A DNA stretch of 58,625 nt, the filler included, from Basidiobolus ranarum (Eukaryota): NCBI GenBank assembly GCA_040143965.1. It is 3 parts of 3 records of this genome, joined end to end, with 100 filler letters (N's around TTAATTAATTAA, not from the genome) between each part and the next. Parts side by side here need not be neighbours in the genome. Positions count along the whole stretch, not along the records: positions 1 to 19,553 come from JASJQH010007123.1; 2 more parts are not named here. One strand, 5' to 3'. Both the position numbers and the translations under genes were made by a program. The notes under the pieces were generated by a model that saw only the letters and a program-made list of their open reading frames with translations, ran no database searches and had not been told where the DNA came from. Numbering within the stretch: the first letter of the stretch is position 1; each line of letters starts with the position of its first letter. This document shows, one piece after another, positions 1-11,319 of this stretch.

Positions 1-1600
1 AGGCTCAAGAGCAGATTGCAAACAACCAACTTGATTATGTTCGTATTCATTTATTTATCGTTCAGATGTGGATACTTCTTGATATACTTATAGAATATTT
101 GTTGTTCCTTCAGGCTAATAAACTTCGAGAAGATTATGTGAGCGGACTGGAAGCTGCCCTTAATGAACTGAAGGAATTACAAGTATGTTAACTTTTACTA
201 AACTCCTTTACTTTAGGAACGATACTAATTGAAATATTCTTTAAGCAATCTCGAAAAAAATTGGAGTCACGTCGGTTAGACTACAATGCAAAGTTGAACA
301 CTGTTCAAAAAGCAAAAAAGGAGAAACCAGAGTTAGAAGAACAGATGCGTGCTGCTGAATTAAAGTTCAACGAGTCGATGGATGAGTCATACAGTAAGAT
401 GGTTGCCATCAGTAACGCCGAGGTTCGTTAGCTGTCAAGGATGAATATATTGAATATCTCTATTAACAGATATATAATCGGATTTAGGAGATGTACATGG
501 GACAACTTGCTAAGTTTTACGATTGCGAACTAGAATATTTTCAAAGGAATGTTCAGATTCTAACAGATATTAGAGAAATATTTAATGAGAGGTTCAAGAT
601 ATTTAGTAGATTTATCATTTCGTGGATATATACTCATCTATCTTGAATTCACAGTAACTACTCAAAGTATTATCAAACTACCCGTAGAAGCCCCAGCTTA
701 GCATTACGTGGTGAACACCAAGTTTCTCGCTCAAAATCACATCGTGTCAATCTTTCACCCAATTACGAGGACCAAGAACCTTCATTCTCACCACCTAATC
801 GTAATCCTAGTGGTTATAACAAAGCAGGCTATTTTGATACGGCGAGGACTAATAGCGAGACTTCAGAAGAGATGATGCCTACTGGTGGTGGTGGATATTC
901 AGCACCAGGCAGAGTCCTCACAAAAACGCCTAGTTTCGGTAGCGACCATCATGTACCACCACTCCCTCAACGTGGGAGCCAAAAGGAATTAGTACGAGTA
1001 CTATATGACTACGATGGAGATACAACAGATGAGTTACCAATTCGCAAAGGGGACACAGTTACTGTATTAGATAAGATCGACGAAGGTTGGTGGATTGGAG
1101 AGATAGTGGATGAGTTTGGAAGGCGCGCTGGAATGTTTCCTTCTAATTATGTGGAAGAAATCGCGCCAGACTTACCACCATCTGCTTCCATGCCTAAAAG
1201 ATCCTACACAACTACTGCTCCTCAAAGAGCAGCTGCAGCACCCAACAGTATTAATCGGTATAATACCCTCATACCTGACTCTGTACCCATTCAAACAGAG
1301 CCTTCAATGCAAGGGGAGTCTATTGGTCGTCGAAGACAAGCTCCACTTCCACCACACGGCTCAGGTGGCTCGAATCAGATATCTCCAGGAAATACTCGAT
1401 CTAACCCGTCTGAAATAAGGCGACCATCGATTCCATTCCATAGCAACGCCAACACTTTAAAAGCACAGGCTCCGAGCAATAGTCCATTTGATGATGATAA
1501 TGCAGGGGGAATCATATCATGTCAAGAATGTGGGTGTACCGACTATAAGGCAAACGTATTCAAACAAAATAGTTGCAACAATTGCTTCCACACGCATTAG
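1..1600 (+). CDS. Endophilin-like BAR + SH3 domain protein, 5' truncated, with a C-terminal Cys/His motif
   Basis: Spliced exons (~1-38, 114-183, 246-422, 489-591, 655-1600) read AQEQIANNQLDY/ANKLREDY.../QSRKKLESRRLDYNAKLNTVQKAKKEKPELEEQMRAAELKF, typical of an N-BAR helix. SH3 signature VLYDYDG...ELPIRKGD...EGWW.G...GMFPSNYVEE. Pro-rich linkers. Confidence 0.85.
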
Positions 1601-2271
1601 AAGAATTATTTACACCTTTTTCACTTATTATATTCGCATTACTTTAACTCGATTATTCGTATGGAGCTACTCACGCCGCGCTACGGATCTAGAGTTCTGA
1701 CAAAGAGATTTGGCGACTAAATAAACCAAACACTATTATTATTTATTCATAGAGACAAGTAATATCCCTTCAATGCTATCCATGGAATACCTGCGATACA
1801 CTCCTAATGCGATACTCAGCTGTACCCATAATGAAGTGGCATCTGTAGTTGTAGTTTCATCACCAGTTCAAATAAAAGTAAGATAATGCCAGCGTTGTAC
1901 AACCAAGCACATCATAAGAAATTCCAAGCCTATCACTAGAAATTATTGTTCACTAAAAATGAGGTCATTCCAAAATATCACCTGACGACCTTTCTCCACT
2001 CTAGGTCTAAACTCCAAATGGCTTGTGGTTTGAAGTGCAATACAATGTAAGGACCCAGAGGGAAGTAGCATTTCAAGCACTTAACACGACTCACCCCGGA
2101 AACCCAAGTTTTGTTTATGGCAAGTACTATGACCCCTAGCGCGATGTTTAATCATTACCCGGCCATGCCCCTGCATCTTCTTCTCGAGGAGACCTAACTC
2201 TTGGGAACTGAATTTAGACTAAAATAGTTCCAAACGAACCATTTAGAAGAGAAGATTTCTTCTTTTCCCTT

Positions 2272-3453
2272 ATGATCTTCGCAGTATCCTCCGTTATGCC
2301 TAGGATCGTATCGGAAACATTTCTTCTCAAAGGGTTACTTCTACTCACTATAATTCTTACCTCCATCAACGCCCAAGACCAACCGGAAGAGCCATTATGC
2401 TCGGATACATTTTGTGATATGGATGGTAGGTTTATTCTCGATCGTTGATATCGATAAGAAAGAAGATAAAATGTTTATCAGTTCTATCCCTATATAGGAT
2501 CCACTCCATCCATATTCACCAAGGAGATTCTGATTAGCACCCAGTCATCTGGCCCAGGAGTAACCGGATTAACCATTGGCGGAATAGTGGGAGGGTGTGT
2601 GGCCATTGTAGTAGTCGCTGCAGCTGCGATGGGTTTGTTATACTGGCGATTCTATCATCAGAGAAAAGGTAATCGAGAAATGTCTCCATTCTCGTAAATG
2701 TACGCTATTAAAAATATCTTTATGTTAGGGCCTGGTGGCTTAGACAAACTTCAACGTGACGAAGAAAAAGGAAAATTCCCACGTACAAACTTTAGCAGTT
2801 CAATGTATGACTCGTTGGATATACCTCCGATGCTTCCGCCTATCCCACCTTTAGCTTACGACCCAGAGGCCTTTTATGCATTAAAGCATCTACGAAGTAC
2901 AATACATTTGTCAGAAGAGTTGGATAAAGTTGGCGAATGCTCTACACATGTGAGGCCTAGCATGGTGGATACCTGCACAGAATCCATAGACATTTCCTCG
3001 TCGATCTCTATAGAATTAGGCTCAGATTTTGAGGAAGAAAATATCTCACCTATCTCTACAGACACCCATGTTCAATTAGCTCAATTTGAGCCAGTTTACG
3101 ACATAGGGAAAAGCCTACTTCGGATAGAAGAGGATGTTGAATTGGTGGAAGTATACTCAGGTAGCCGAAGCTCGCGCTCGTTGAATATGGAACTTGAGGA
3201 GATGGAGAGTCGTCGACTCGAACGAGCTCAAAGTAGCAATAGTGCACCTTCTTCCCCGCGTTCATCTTCCAAACATATAAGAACTCGGTCACTTTCAGCT
3301 TTACCCGCCTTCACACTACACACTTCAACTCCTGCTCCACCAGTCACTTCACTACAGAATACGAATGGAAAGATGGAAGGATTGATCAAAAAAGCCAAGC
3401 TCCCATATATACCAGCAAAAGCACGGATTGCAAGTCCAAAGATTTGCAGGTGA
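2272..3453 (+). CDS. Single-pass type I membrane protein (signal peptide, very short ectodomain, TM helix, disordered Ser-rich cytoplasmic tail)
   Basis: ATG at 2272 gives MIFAVSS...LLKGLLLLTIILTSINAQ. GT-AG introns 2426-2497 and 2669-2728 join it in frame to GLTIGGIVGGCVAIVVVAAAAMGLLYWRFYHQRK and then to ORF 2698-3453. Confidence 0.7.
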
Positions 3454-3786
3454 ATTTATTTATACAGGTTTAACCTACATTTCCCATTAATCTAGTTGGT
3501 TCACCAAACACTACTCCTTAATCTATATATTATACTCTTACACTGGCAATTCAATCCACCACTCCATGCATTCAGACACCTACTCACCCACTCACCATGT
3601 AATAAACTATATCTCAGATGATGCACTATTGGTACTGTAATGACTCAGCGACATCTTCTATCCGATCAATGATTATTAGGATCTACTTTCTTATCAATGA
3701 AAAGCGCAAGAGTGAAGCTTAAGTGAATAGTTATAGTGAGCACACTAGAGTGACACGGTAGACTTGTCTTCACCAACTTGAGCAGT

Positions 3787-4720
3787 ATGACAACGAATGT
3801 ACAAATATACAACTTACGATCCACTACTTCTCGAGATACCAAGAATTCGCAAGAATCACCAAGCTTACATCTAAATACCAAAAGAAGGTCATCAATTCTA
3901 TCCCTAAATAGGATTTACTCATTATCACGTAAACCTCTACGTGAACCTACTGATACTTGCACTCCTGGTCAAGATACTTCGAACCGAATAACCCGGTCCA
4001 GAGTCAGTACTAACAAGTCATACCCAAGATCCCATATGACGAAGCAAAGTCCTTTCCGTCGGCCTATGCTTGCTGCGAAATCCACTGGTAGAGTGAATCG
4101 AATCAAAGCCAGGGCCAATAATCCGAATAGAAAACGAACTTTGCAGAGCGATCAAGAGAGTCTCCCACTAAGAACATCTGCGAGGATCTCAACCAAGAAA
4201 CAACCAAGTGGCGTACACGATGTTAGTAAGAACTTGTCTAAGATAAACATCTGTAGGGGTAATGCAGTAACCAACTTTTATCCCTCAATTCCATAAGCAG
4301 GAGCTGGATAATTCCTTACAAACCTCACATGATGAAAGCCAGCACAATGAATCGATTGTAGACGAGGTCTTGACCACTAATACTTCACACAAACCGTCTT
4401 CCCCTCACAAAAGCTCGCCACTTTTGCTTGCACGTTTCAAGCAAGCTAGTGAATATCGCACCAAGATCAGTGAGCATCGGGACTCGTTGAAAACCGAGAT
4501 AGGCCAGGTAAGGGCACGAATCCTGGACCAAGTCAAGTTGATAGAAGCGATCTACAAAACACTGAAAGAAACCCAATTTTACCATCAACGCACAATGGCT
4601 CTTCTATCGGAGAAATTAAGTCAGCTAGGCATCGGAGAAGTACCTACTGAACACGTTTTTGAAGTACTTCAAAAGATAGCATCCCAAGTCGAGAGGTGTT
4701 TGGAGAATAACAAAGAATAA
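3787..4720 (+). CDS. Hypothetical protein: basic Ser/Arg-rich disordered N-terminus and C-terminal coiled coil
   Basis: ORFs 3778-4296 and 4370-4720 join in frame through a 42-nt GT-AG intron at 4259-4300. The C-terminus (EYRTKISEHRDSLKTEIGQVRARILDQVKL) shows heptad periodicity. Confidence 0.55.
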
Positions 4721-5144
4721 TACTACTAGCAGTTTTGAGTCAACTACAATTTTTGTTAAGTGATTTAATGGTGCGTATCAATTGTGTATATCAAAGTAGT
4801 AAACTCTCTTGTATAGATCCTTATGAAATATATTGAATCCGACATACTTGATGTTCCAAACGTGGTTTCAATTATATTAAGAATAAGGAAGATTCGGATG
4901 ATTCAGGCAATCCAGGTGATTGAATTAATGTTTCAAACTCCTATTCAAGTGTTTACGGAGATATCGTAACAAACTCCGCCAACGTGCCATTCGTAGCCAG
5001 TACCTCTAACAGTTAGTATGAAATGTTATGTGTTACAAGCTGAATAGAAATACAAAAGCAGCACAAGGCTTCTGTTAGCATCACCTTACCAACCATAACA
5101 CCACCGGCCTCAATTCTCTTTTCGAAATTCCTATTTTATAGACT

Positions 5145-6222
5145 ATGAAGTTTTTGGGATCACCGCTTCTATTTCTAGCTAGTTTATGTGTAACACAGGG
5201 AGAATGGACATACGAACGGTGTCCCGTACCGCGAACCCGAAAAAATGTGTTGAACTTAAGTCGCTGGGAGCGTCAGGAATTCTTCACTGCCATCAAAAAG
5301 ATAAAGTCAACTGGGGAATACGACGTACTAGTGAAACAGTACATGGATGTATACCAGGGCATCCATGGTGGAAATCTATACCTTCCATTTCATCGACATT
5401 TCTTGAAACGAGTTGAGCAATCCATGCAGAAATACTACCCTAGTGTAAATCTACCCTATTGGGTAAGTGTATTTCCATCCTTGTTCTCAACCAGATTTTT
5501 AACACTAGTTTGGAAATAGGATTATACGGCCGATTGGGCTGCCCCTCACTTCAGTCCTGCACTGGAACTTATGGGCTATGGTGGTGGTAATGGTCGCTTG
5601 AAGTCATGTATCAACGACGGGCCTTTAAAAAACTTTCAAATGAACGTGCCTGAGAAAAGATGCGTAAAACGTGGATATTTCAAAAACGAAGTGGTCTCTG
5701 CTTTTATGAACGAGGTTGCATTGGACAACATTCTGAAGTACAGTGAAACCTTTCCAAAGATCAATTCTATGTTAAAAGGAGTCAATGGAATGGTCACATA
5801 TCCTTTAGGCGGTGATATTCGAAACGTTCAATTAATGGTCAATGAGTAAGTAGATTTATTCTCAACAAATTCACTCCTTAACAGCATATATACTTATATA
5901 TCTCCCAAGTCCACTTTACTTCTTAATTCAAGCAAATACAGATCGTTTGTGGACTAGGTGGCAGCATTTGCATCCGGACCACGAGATCTACATGCCCGAT
6001 GTCGAACTAAACCCTTGGAAAGTGCAGATTAAAAGTATTTGGAGACCAAGCTCAAAAAATATGTGCTATCAATATCTGAACCAAGTTAAAGAAAGAACTG
6101 AGATCGACTATTGGGTTGAATTATTTGATGCCTATTTCCGCGGCTCCTTGAGGCTAGCAAGGTCTCTATCACCCGAGATATCTGGTTTAGTGGTATTCTG
6201 GTGGTTCAGTTACTCAAAATAG
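5145..6222 (+). CDS. Secreted tyrosinase-family protein with degenerate di-copper site
   Basis: Signal peptide MKFLGSPLLFLASLCVTQG, then the tyrosinase motifs RKNVLNLS..ERQEFF.AI, IHGG..YLPFHRHFL, NLPYW/DY, CINDGP and NDPLYFLIQANTDRLWTRWQ. Introns at 5463-5519 and 5846-5909. The 3' end is uncertain. Confidence 0.8.
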
Positions 6223-7457
6223 AGAGCAGGTGTTTAGTGGCCTCTATAATGCATAACCCTAATGCACAGCCTAACCCTAAGATATCACTTTGTGAGCGCT
6301 GTTACTATTGATTCTTACTCTCTCCAAATAAATACTGCTAAGTTGCCTTGATTCGCAACCCTTGACACATAACCCTAACCCTACCATTTAGGAAGGTGGA
6401 CACGTGATTGTTGTGACAAGCATTGTGACAGCCGCAGCCAATTGAAACTAGAACAGATAGGTTTAAAGATCCCAGTGGGCTTTATCTGTCCCAACACTCC
6501 CGATGCTCGTTTAAAAAAGCAATTTGGCCAGATATGAATGAACGCCTACGTCAGACAAAATGTCAAGTAGAGCAGTAAAGCATGAAACGTTAGCTAGAAG
6601 AACATAATGTTAACCCAGTGCTGGCCTTACTACATCCACAGAAAGAATTTATTTGTACATCGTCATCTCCAAATAATTGATGTCTCGGCTTTACTCTTGT
6701 CCTCCTGATCTTTCCTTATTTTAATATATTTCTAGCCTTCACCACTAATAATTAAAATCTAGGGTTAGTACAAAATGGTCCATCAAGACTTGAGTGGATC
6801 AAGAGAAAAGTCAAGGAAAGCCAGAAATCGGCCAATTATAGTCTGTTAATGGCCTAAGAACCACTCTGCGGTGGTTTTATAGACGAAAAGTGAAAGAACA
6901 GAATAAAGTAACCTCTCCCCTCTAAGACATCTCACGGCTCACTACTGTCTCCCATTTTGTTCCAACTTCTCTTAATGTCAATTGGCTGCTGGTTGAATTA
7001 CTAAACCCACTTCCCTAAGTTCAAAGTACTGTTCAGACACTCTTAAAAATATTTTTGCTTTTTGGCTAACATAAACCGGTTACATAGAAGATTCAAACTT
7101 GGAATTCTGAAAATCATCTCAGTAGCAAATAGACGCTTTTAACTCATCATTAGATAGACCCAACCAACACTTTAAATCTGACTCACTATCTACTTCTTTC
7201 TGTGTGGTTTGCTGTTACCTCGATTTAGTCATCATTTTTGATACCATACCCTAGTTTAAACTCAGTTTACACTTTTAATCCGAACTATTTGTCGTTAAAA
7301 CTAAGGTAATTCAAGTAACTTTTGTTGTTGTCAAATAGCGATATTAACTTTGTATTAAATATATTTGTATATAGCTTCGTTTAACCAAAGTACCTTCTTT
7401 CTTCTGTTAACCAAATCTCCATCAACTCGTTTATTTCATTTGGATTCAAACAACAAG

Positions 7458-9137
7458 ATGGGCCAAAGCTTATCGTCTCAGAGCAACCAAAATTCTGACT
7501 CGAGGAATGAAACGAACACCAACGATGACAACGCTTCACCTGATTCCAACCCCTCAGATCGGTCATATACGTCTTATCGCTCCTCACGTAATGAAGGATT
7601 TACAGTAGGCCCCCCTGTTTCTCAGCCAGATTCACCAAGAGTGTTAAGGATGACTCCTGCTCGTAGACGTCGTCAAATGTTTGGTATGTATCCCTTCGAT
7701 ACACAAGACCCTACGTCGGAACGATCTCTCAACCGTTTACGTCGAGTTCATAGCTCAATTAGTCAACTTCGAAATCCTGAAAGATATTACTCCACGAATC
7801 GCTCGCAAGATAATCTTTTTGGTGAAATGGAGGATGACGCCATGGAAGAGGATTCGAATCTTTTTGGACCTACTCCGTCCAGCTTGAGATATCCAGAATC
7901 ACGACGTAGATGGGGACCTTCCTTGGAGTCAACTGAAGGTGGAACAAATCAAGATTCTATGACAAGATTGGTCCAATATACACTTGGTAGAATCGCCAAC
8001 TCCCCAGAAAATAGAACTCCTGCTGTAGAAGAGAGCCCTCAGTCAGACTCTATGTTGGGTCGAATCTTGGCTACTGTCGCCTCTGCTGCTGCCTCACATC
8101 TACTCAGTAGTAACACGGAGCCATCTGAGCCACCTGCCAATGTAGAACCTCCTGCTACTGATAGCTCCAGGGGAGCATCACCGTTTTTGGATTCATTCCT
8201 TTCAGGATTTCGATCAAGTATGCGCAACCGACCAGGACAATTAAATAGTGCACCTGCAGAACGTGATGAACCACTTGAATTACCAACATCGCCATCTTTC
8301 TTCCGTCTGTTTCGTTTGGGAAGTAATGGGCAACCACAAATGGATGGAGAAAGTCATGCACCAAATGCTAGTGATGAGAATGGATCTCAAACAAACACCG
8401 AGTCAAATGGAAGCCCCCAGATGGTTCCTGTGATAATAGTGGGAATCCGTAGCGTTAACGCGGTGAATCTACGTCGAGCTGGAATTAGTACAGGTGACAC
8501 TCCTTCAGATACCGTTCGAAATCTCTTCGGATCCAACTTTCCTATGGCAAATACAACGAGTAGTAATGATGTAGATGAAGCACCAGAATCGATTCATGAG
8601 CCAGACCACAGCTTGAACCAGCCTAGCACTGAATACGAAGACGAGGGAGAAGAGCAGCCAAATCCAAGAAGCTCTGTTCAATCAAGAAGCTACATTATCT
8701 ATGTAATCGGAGGGACCTATCCCTCTAACCACCCACTGCTAACTACCGCCCTGTCGGATAACCCCACCTATGAAGATCTCCTTCTCCTTTCGTCGTTTAT
8801 TGGACCCGCCCGTCCACCCACTACAAGTCAATCCGAGATTGAAGCCAATCTGCCAATAGTAACATTTGACTCCTCTATACCTGGCGTACAAGGATACCAA
8901 ATTCTAAATCCGGAGAGTTGTCAAGTATGTCTATGTGAATACGAAGATCAGGATAAAATACGAGTGTTGAACTGTCGACATGCATATCATCAGACTTGTA
9001 TCGATAAATGGTTAACAGAGGGAGCCAACAAATGTCCCATATGTAGAGGTATCGGCGTTGAAACCAAATCGAATGAAAAATCATCGAGAGAAGACGGTGA
9101 GAATAATACAACGGAAAATGCACAAACAGTAATGTAA
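7458..9137 (+). CDS. RING-H2 E3 ubiquitin ligase with long disordered N-terminus
   Basis: C-terminal CQVC..EYE..D.IRVLNCRHAYHQTCIDKWL.EGANKCPIC (C3H2C3), preceded by TYEDLLLLSSFIGP. Likely start MGQSLSS at 7458, a myristoylation-like MGxxxS. Confidence 0.9.
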   Translation: MGQSLSSQSNQNSDSRNETNTNDDNASPDSNPSDRSYTSYRSSRNEGFTVGPPVSQPDSPRVLRMTPARRRRQMFGMYPFDTQDPTSERSLNRLRRVHSSISQLRNPERYYSTNRSQDNLFGEMEDDAMEEDSNLFGPTPSSLRYPESRRRWGPSLESTEGGTNQDSMTRLVQYTLGRIANSPENRTPAVEESPQSDSMLGRILATVASAAASHLLSSNTEPSEPPANVEPPATDSSRGASPFLDSFLSGFRSSMRNRPGQLNSAPAERDEPLELPTSPSFFRLFRLGSNGQPQMDGESHAPNASDENGSQTNTESNGSPQMVPVIIVGIRSVNAVNLRRAGISTGDTPSDTVRNLFGSNFPMANTTSSNDVDEAPESIHEPDHSLNQPSTEYEDEGEEQPNPRSSVQSRSYIIYVIGGTYPSNHPLLTTALSDNPTYEDLLLLSSFIGPARPPTTSQSEIEANLPIVTFDSSIPGVQGYQILNPESCQVCLCEYEDQDKIRVLNCRHAYHQTCIDKWLTEGANKCPICRGIGVETKSNEKSSREDGENNTTENAQTVM

Positions 9138-9167
9138 AAATAGGAATAATCTCTTGTGTGAACGGGC

Positions 9168-9218
9168 TCAAGCCCAAGCCCAAACTCCAACCCAAACCTA
9201 AACCTGAACCCAATACCA
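9168..9218. repeat. Degenerate hexamer tandem repeat (cccaag/cccaaa/cctaaa/cctgaa) in the RING gene 3' region
   Basis: agcccaagcccaaactccaacccaaacctaaacctgaacccaatacc. Confidence 0.6.
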
Positions 9219-9492
9219 AGACACTCATGAATCATGTCATGTCATGTATACATCCATGTCACCATCATCGACCTAATTCCTTCACATATAAAAGAAGTAT
9301 TTGCAGTTTGTACTCGGTTGCAACCATCACATGATATATATTTGATTATCTACATATTTCATTTCTCACCCTCTCACTCTCACTCACACACTGACACTAT
9401 ATAAAGATTGAATATTGGTTTAGAAAGATTTAGAGTTTATTCAAGAAGTGAAGACATGAAATGATTCTCCCAGTTGTATCCATCCAGATTCA

Positions 9493-11019
9493 TCAATCTA
9501 GATCAGCTTGGGGTTCAGATGAATTGGAAATGGCAGGAGTGTTCATGCCACCTCCAGCGAATAGACTACTCATCAAATCTTGTAGCATATTATTGGGTCG
9601 TCTTGGTTGAATTCCAAAATACATTTCACCAAGCTTTTCCAGTATCTAAGAATGAAAGTTACGGGATTAGTATGTTGAAGAGAGAAGGAAGGGGAAAGGA
9701 AAGGGAAAGGGAAAGGGAAAGGAAACTTACTTGATCATAGCCTTTATCTATCATACTCAATTCATTTCCATATTGATTTCTCAAAGCAAAGAAGACCTCA
9801 GTAGATTCACGTTGTGCAGCTAAGATCAAAAACTGGGCAAAGTTGATCAATGGAAGTTTGTAAGTGATTACATCGATAGGTTGACTATCGGGTCTAGGAA
9901 GAAAACTGATCGACTCTTCTTTAAAATCACTTCGTTTCTCCAAAAGTTTACGTGTAAATTCTTCGAAATAAATCTTGGCATCTCGGAAATTTTGAATATA
10001 TAAGTATCTAAAATCCATGGTCATTTTAGTGAGAATCATGGTTAAATGGGGTGAAAATTCATTGAGAAAGAGTATGAAGAAGGAAAGAAAAGAAGAGAAA
10101 GATATTTAGACGTACTGGACTACCACTCGAGCAACCGTGTTACCGCAATTCTTGAATTCTTCTTGCTCATTCCAATTGAAAAGTATCTCGGCAAGAAGTT
10201 TGGCACTCTCCTCTGTACCATGAAGCAAATAATTCTCTGCTTGTTGTAAACTACCCTCTATAAGTAATAAGTTTTAGTGAATCGTCTCAGTGTTATCCCT
10301 AGCAAAATGTATCCATAACTTACCTTTGGCTAAAATGGCTCCGATAGCATGGTAAAGTCCAGGAGAACCATTAGGATTGTCACCAAATTTGGCTGACCAG
10401 CTATATGTACCAAAAGTCATTACAAATACAAATAGAATCATCACAAGAGGGAGAGGTAATTTTACCTAATAGCAGTAAAATATAAAGACTTTCTACCAGG
10501 ATCAGAAGAAGGGACTTGCTGAAGTAACTCAATCAGACGAGCTGAATATTTCATCGTGGATTATTAGTGACTAGGTAAACTGATAAAAACTCAGAGTAGA
10601 GTTTTGTTACCTTTAGATTCGTCAGATACTTGGACTTGATCCAGTTTGTAAACCTCCAATAGATAGAGAATAAGGTCGGACCCACTACCACTTTGTCCGT
10701 GTTTGAGTAATGTGGATGCACCAGAAGTAAGAATCTCAATAGCATTCTTGTATTTGGATTGCTTTACGTAACTACAAAGTTTAGAAGAATAAGTTTGTTG
10801 AAACTTTGAAGAAAATAATCAAGGATAAACAGGGGAAATAAGGACTCAAGGGAGTAAACAAGTTGAATCCTGTCAAATATTAGAGAAATAAACGAAACGT
10901 TTAACGTACCGATTGCAAACCGTACGATACATTTGATGAGCTTCATAGTAATTCCCTTCCTCTACAGATCGTTGAAGCTTTAGGATGACTTTATCAGTAC
11001 CTTTTGAGTTCGCAGCCAT
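9493..11019 (-). CDS. GET4: Golgi to ER traffic protein 4 (GET4/TRC35), about 7 exons
   Basis: Exon 1 reads MAANSKGTDKVILKLQRSVEEGNYYEAHQMYRTVCNR (GET4 signature). Internal exons include SGASTLLKHGQSGSGSDL, WSAKFGDNPNGSPGLYHAIG and PLINFAQFLI. Last exon reads LEKLGEMYFGIQP...MLQDLMSSLF...ADLD*. Confidence 0.92.
9688..9726. repeat. (GGAAAG)n purine microsatellite in the last GET4 intron
   Basis: ggggaaaggaaagggaaagggaaagggaaaggaaa. Confidence 0.8.
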
Positions 11020-11319
11020 CGTGTTATTCTTTGGACAAATTACTGGTATAAAATAAGCACTTTAAACCTACTACAATTTACCCTTTTCTCTTACAAGTGA
11101 TGATGTTCGAATTTGCGAGAACATACGACTTCACGTGATCACGATTATGCGCAAACAAACATTCGATCCATGTTTATATAAGAGCAATTTTAAACCAAAT
11201 TTGACCAATTAATTAAGTATTTATTCTGTCAAGCACAATTAAATGGAATAACAATAATAGGTATAAGAGGGGATAAATATACAACGAAGGTTAAGGACAG
11301 TCTATAGTTTAAGATAAAA

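Noticed and set aside
8875-9235. Minus-strand ORFs with LGLGLG/FGLGL repeats
   Set aside because: By-product of the hexamer repeat in the RING gene 3' region.
11131-11138. TCACGTGA as a Cbf1 sulfur-regulon site for MET1
   Set aside because: It lies downstream of MET1 and upstream of GET4. The same word also occurs near unrelated genes (~29362, ~54197).
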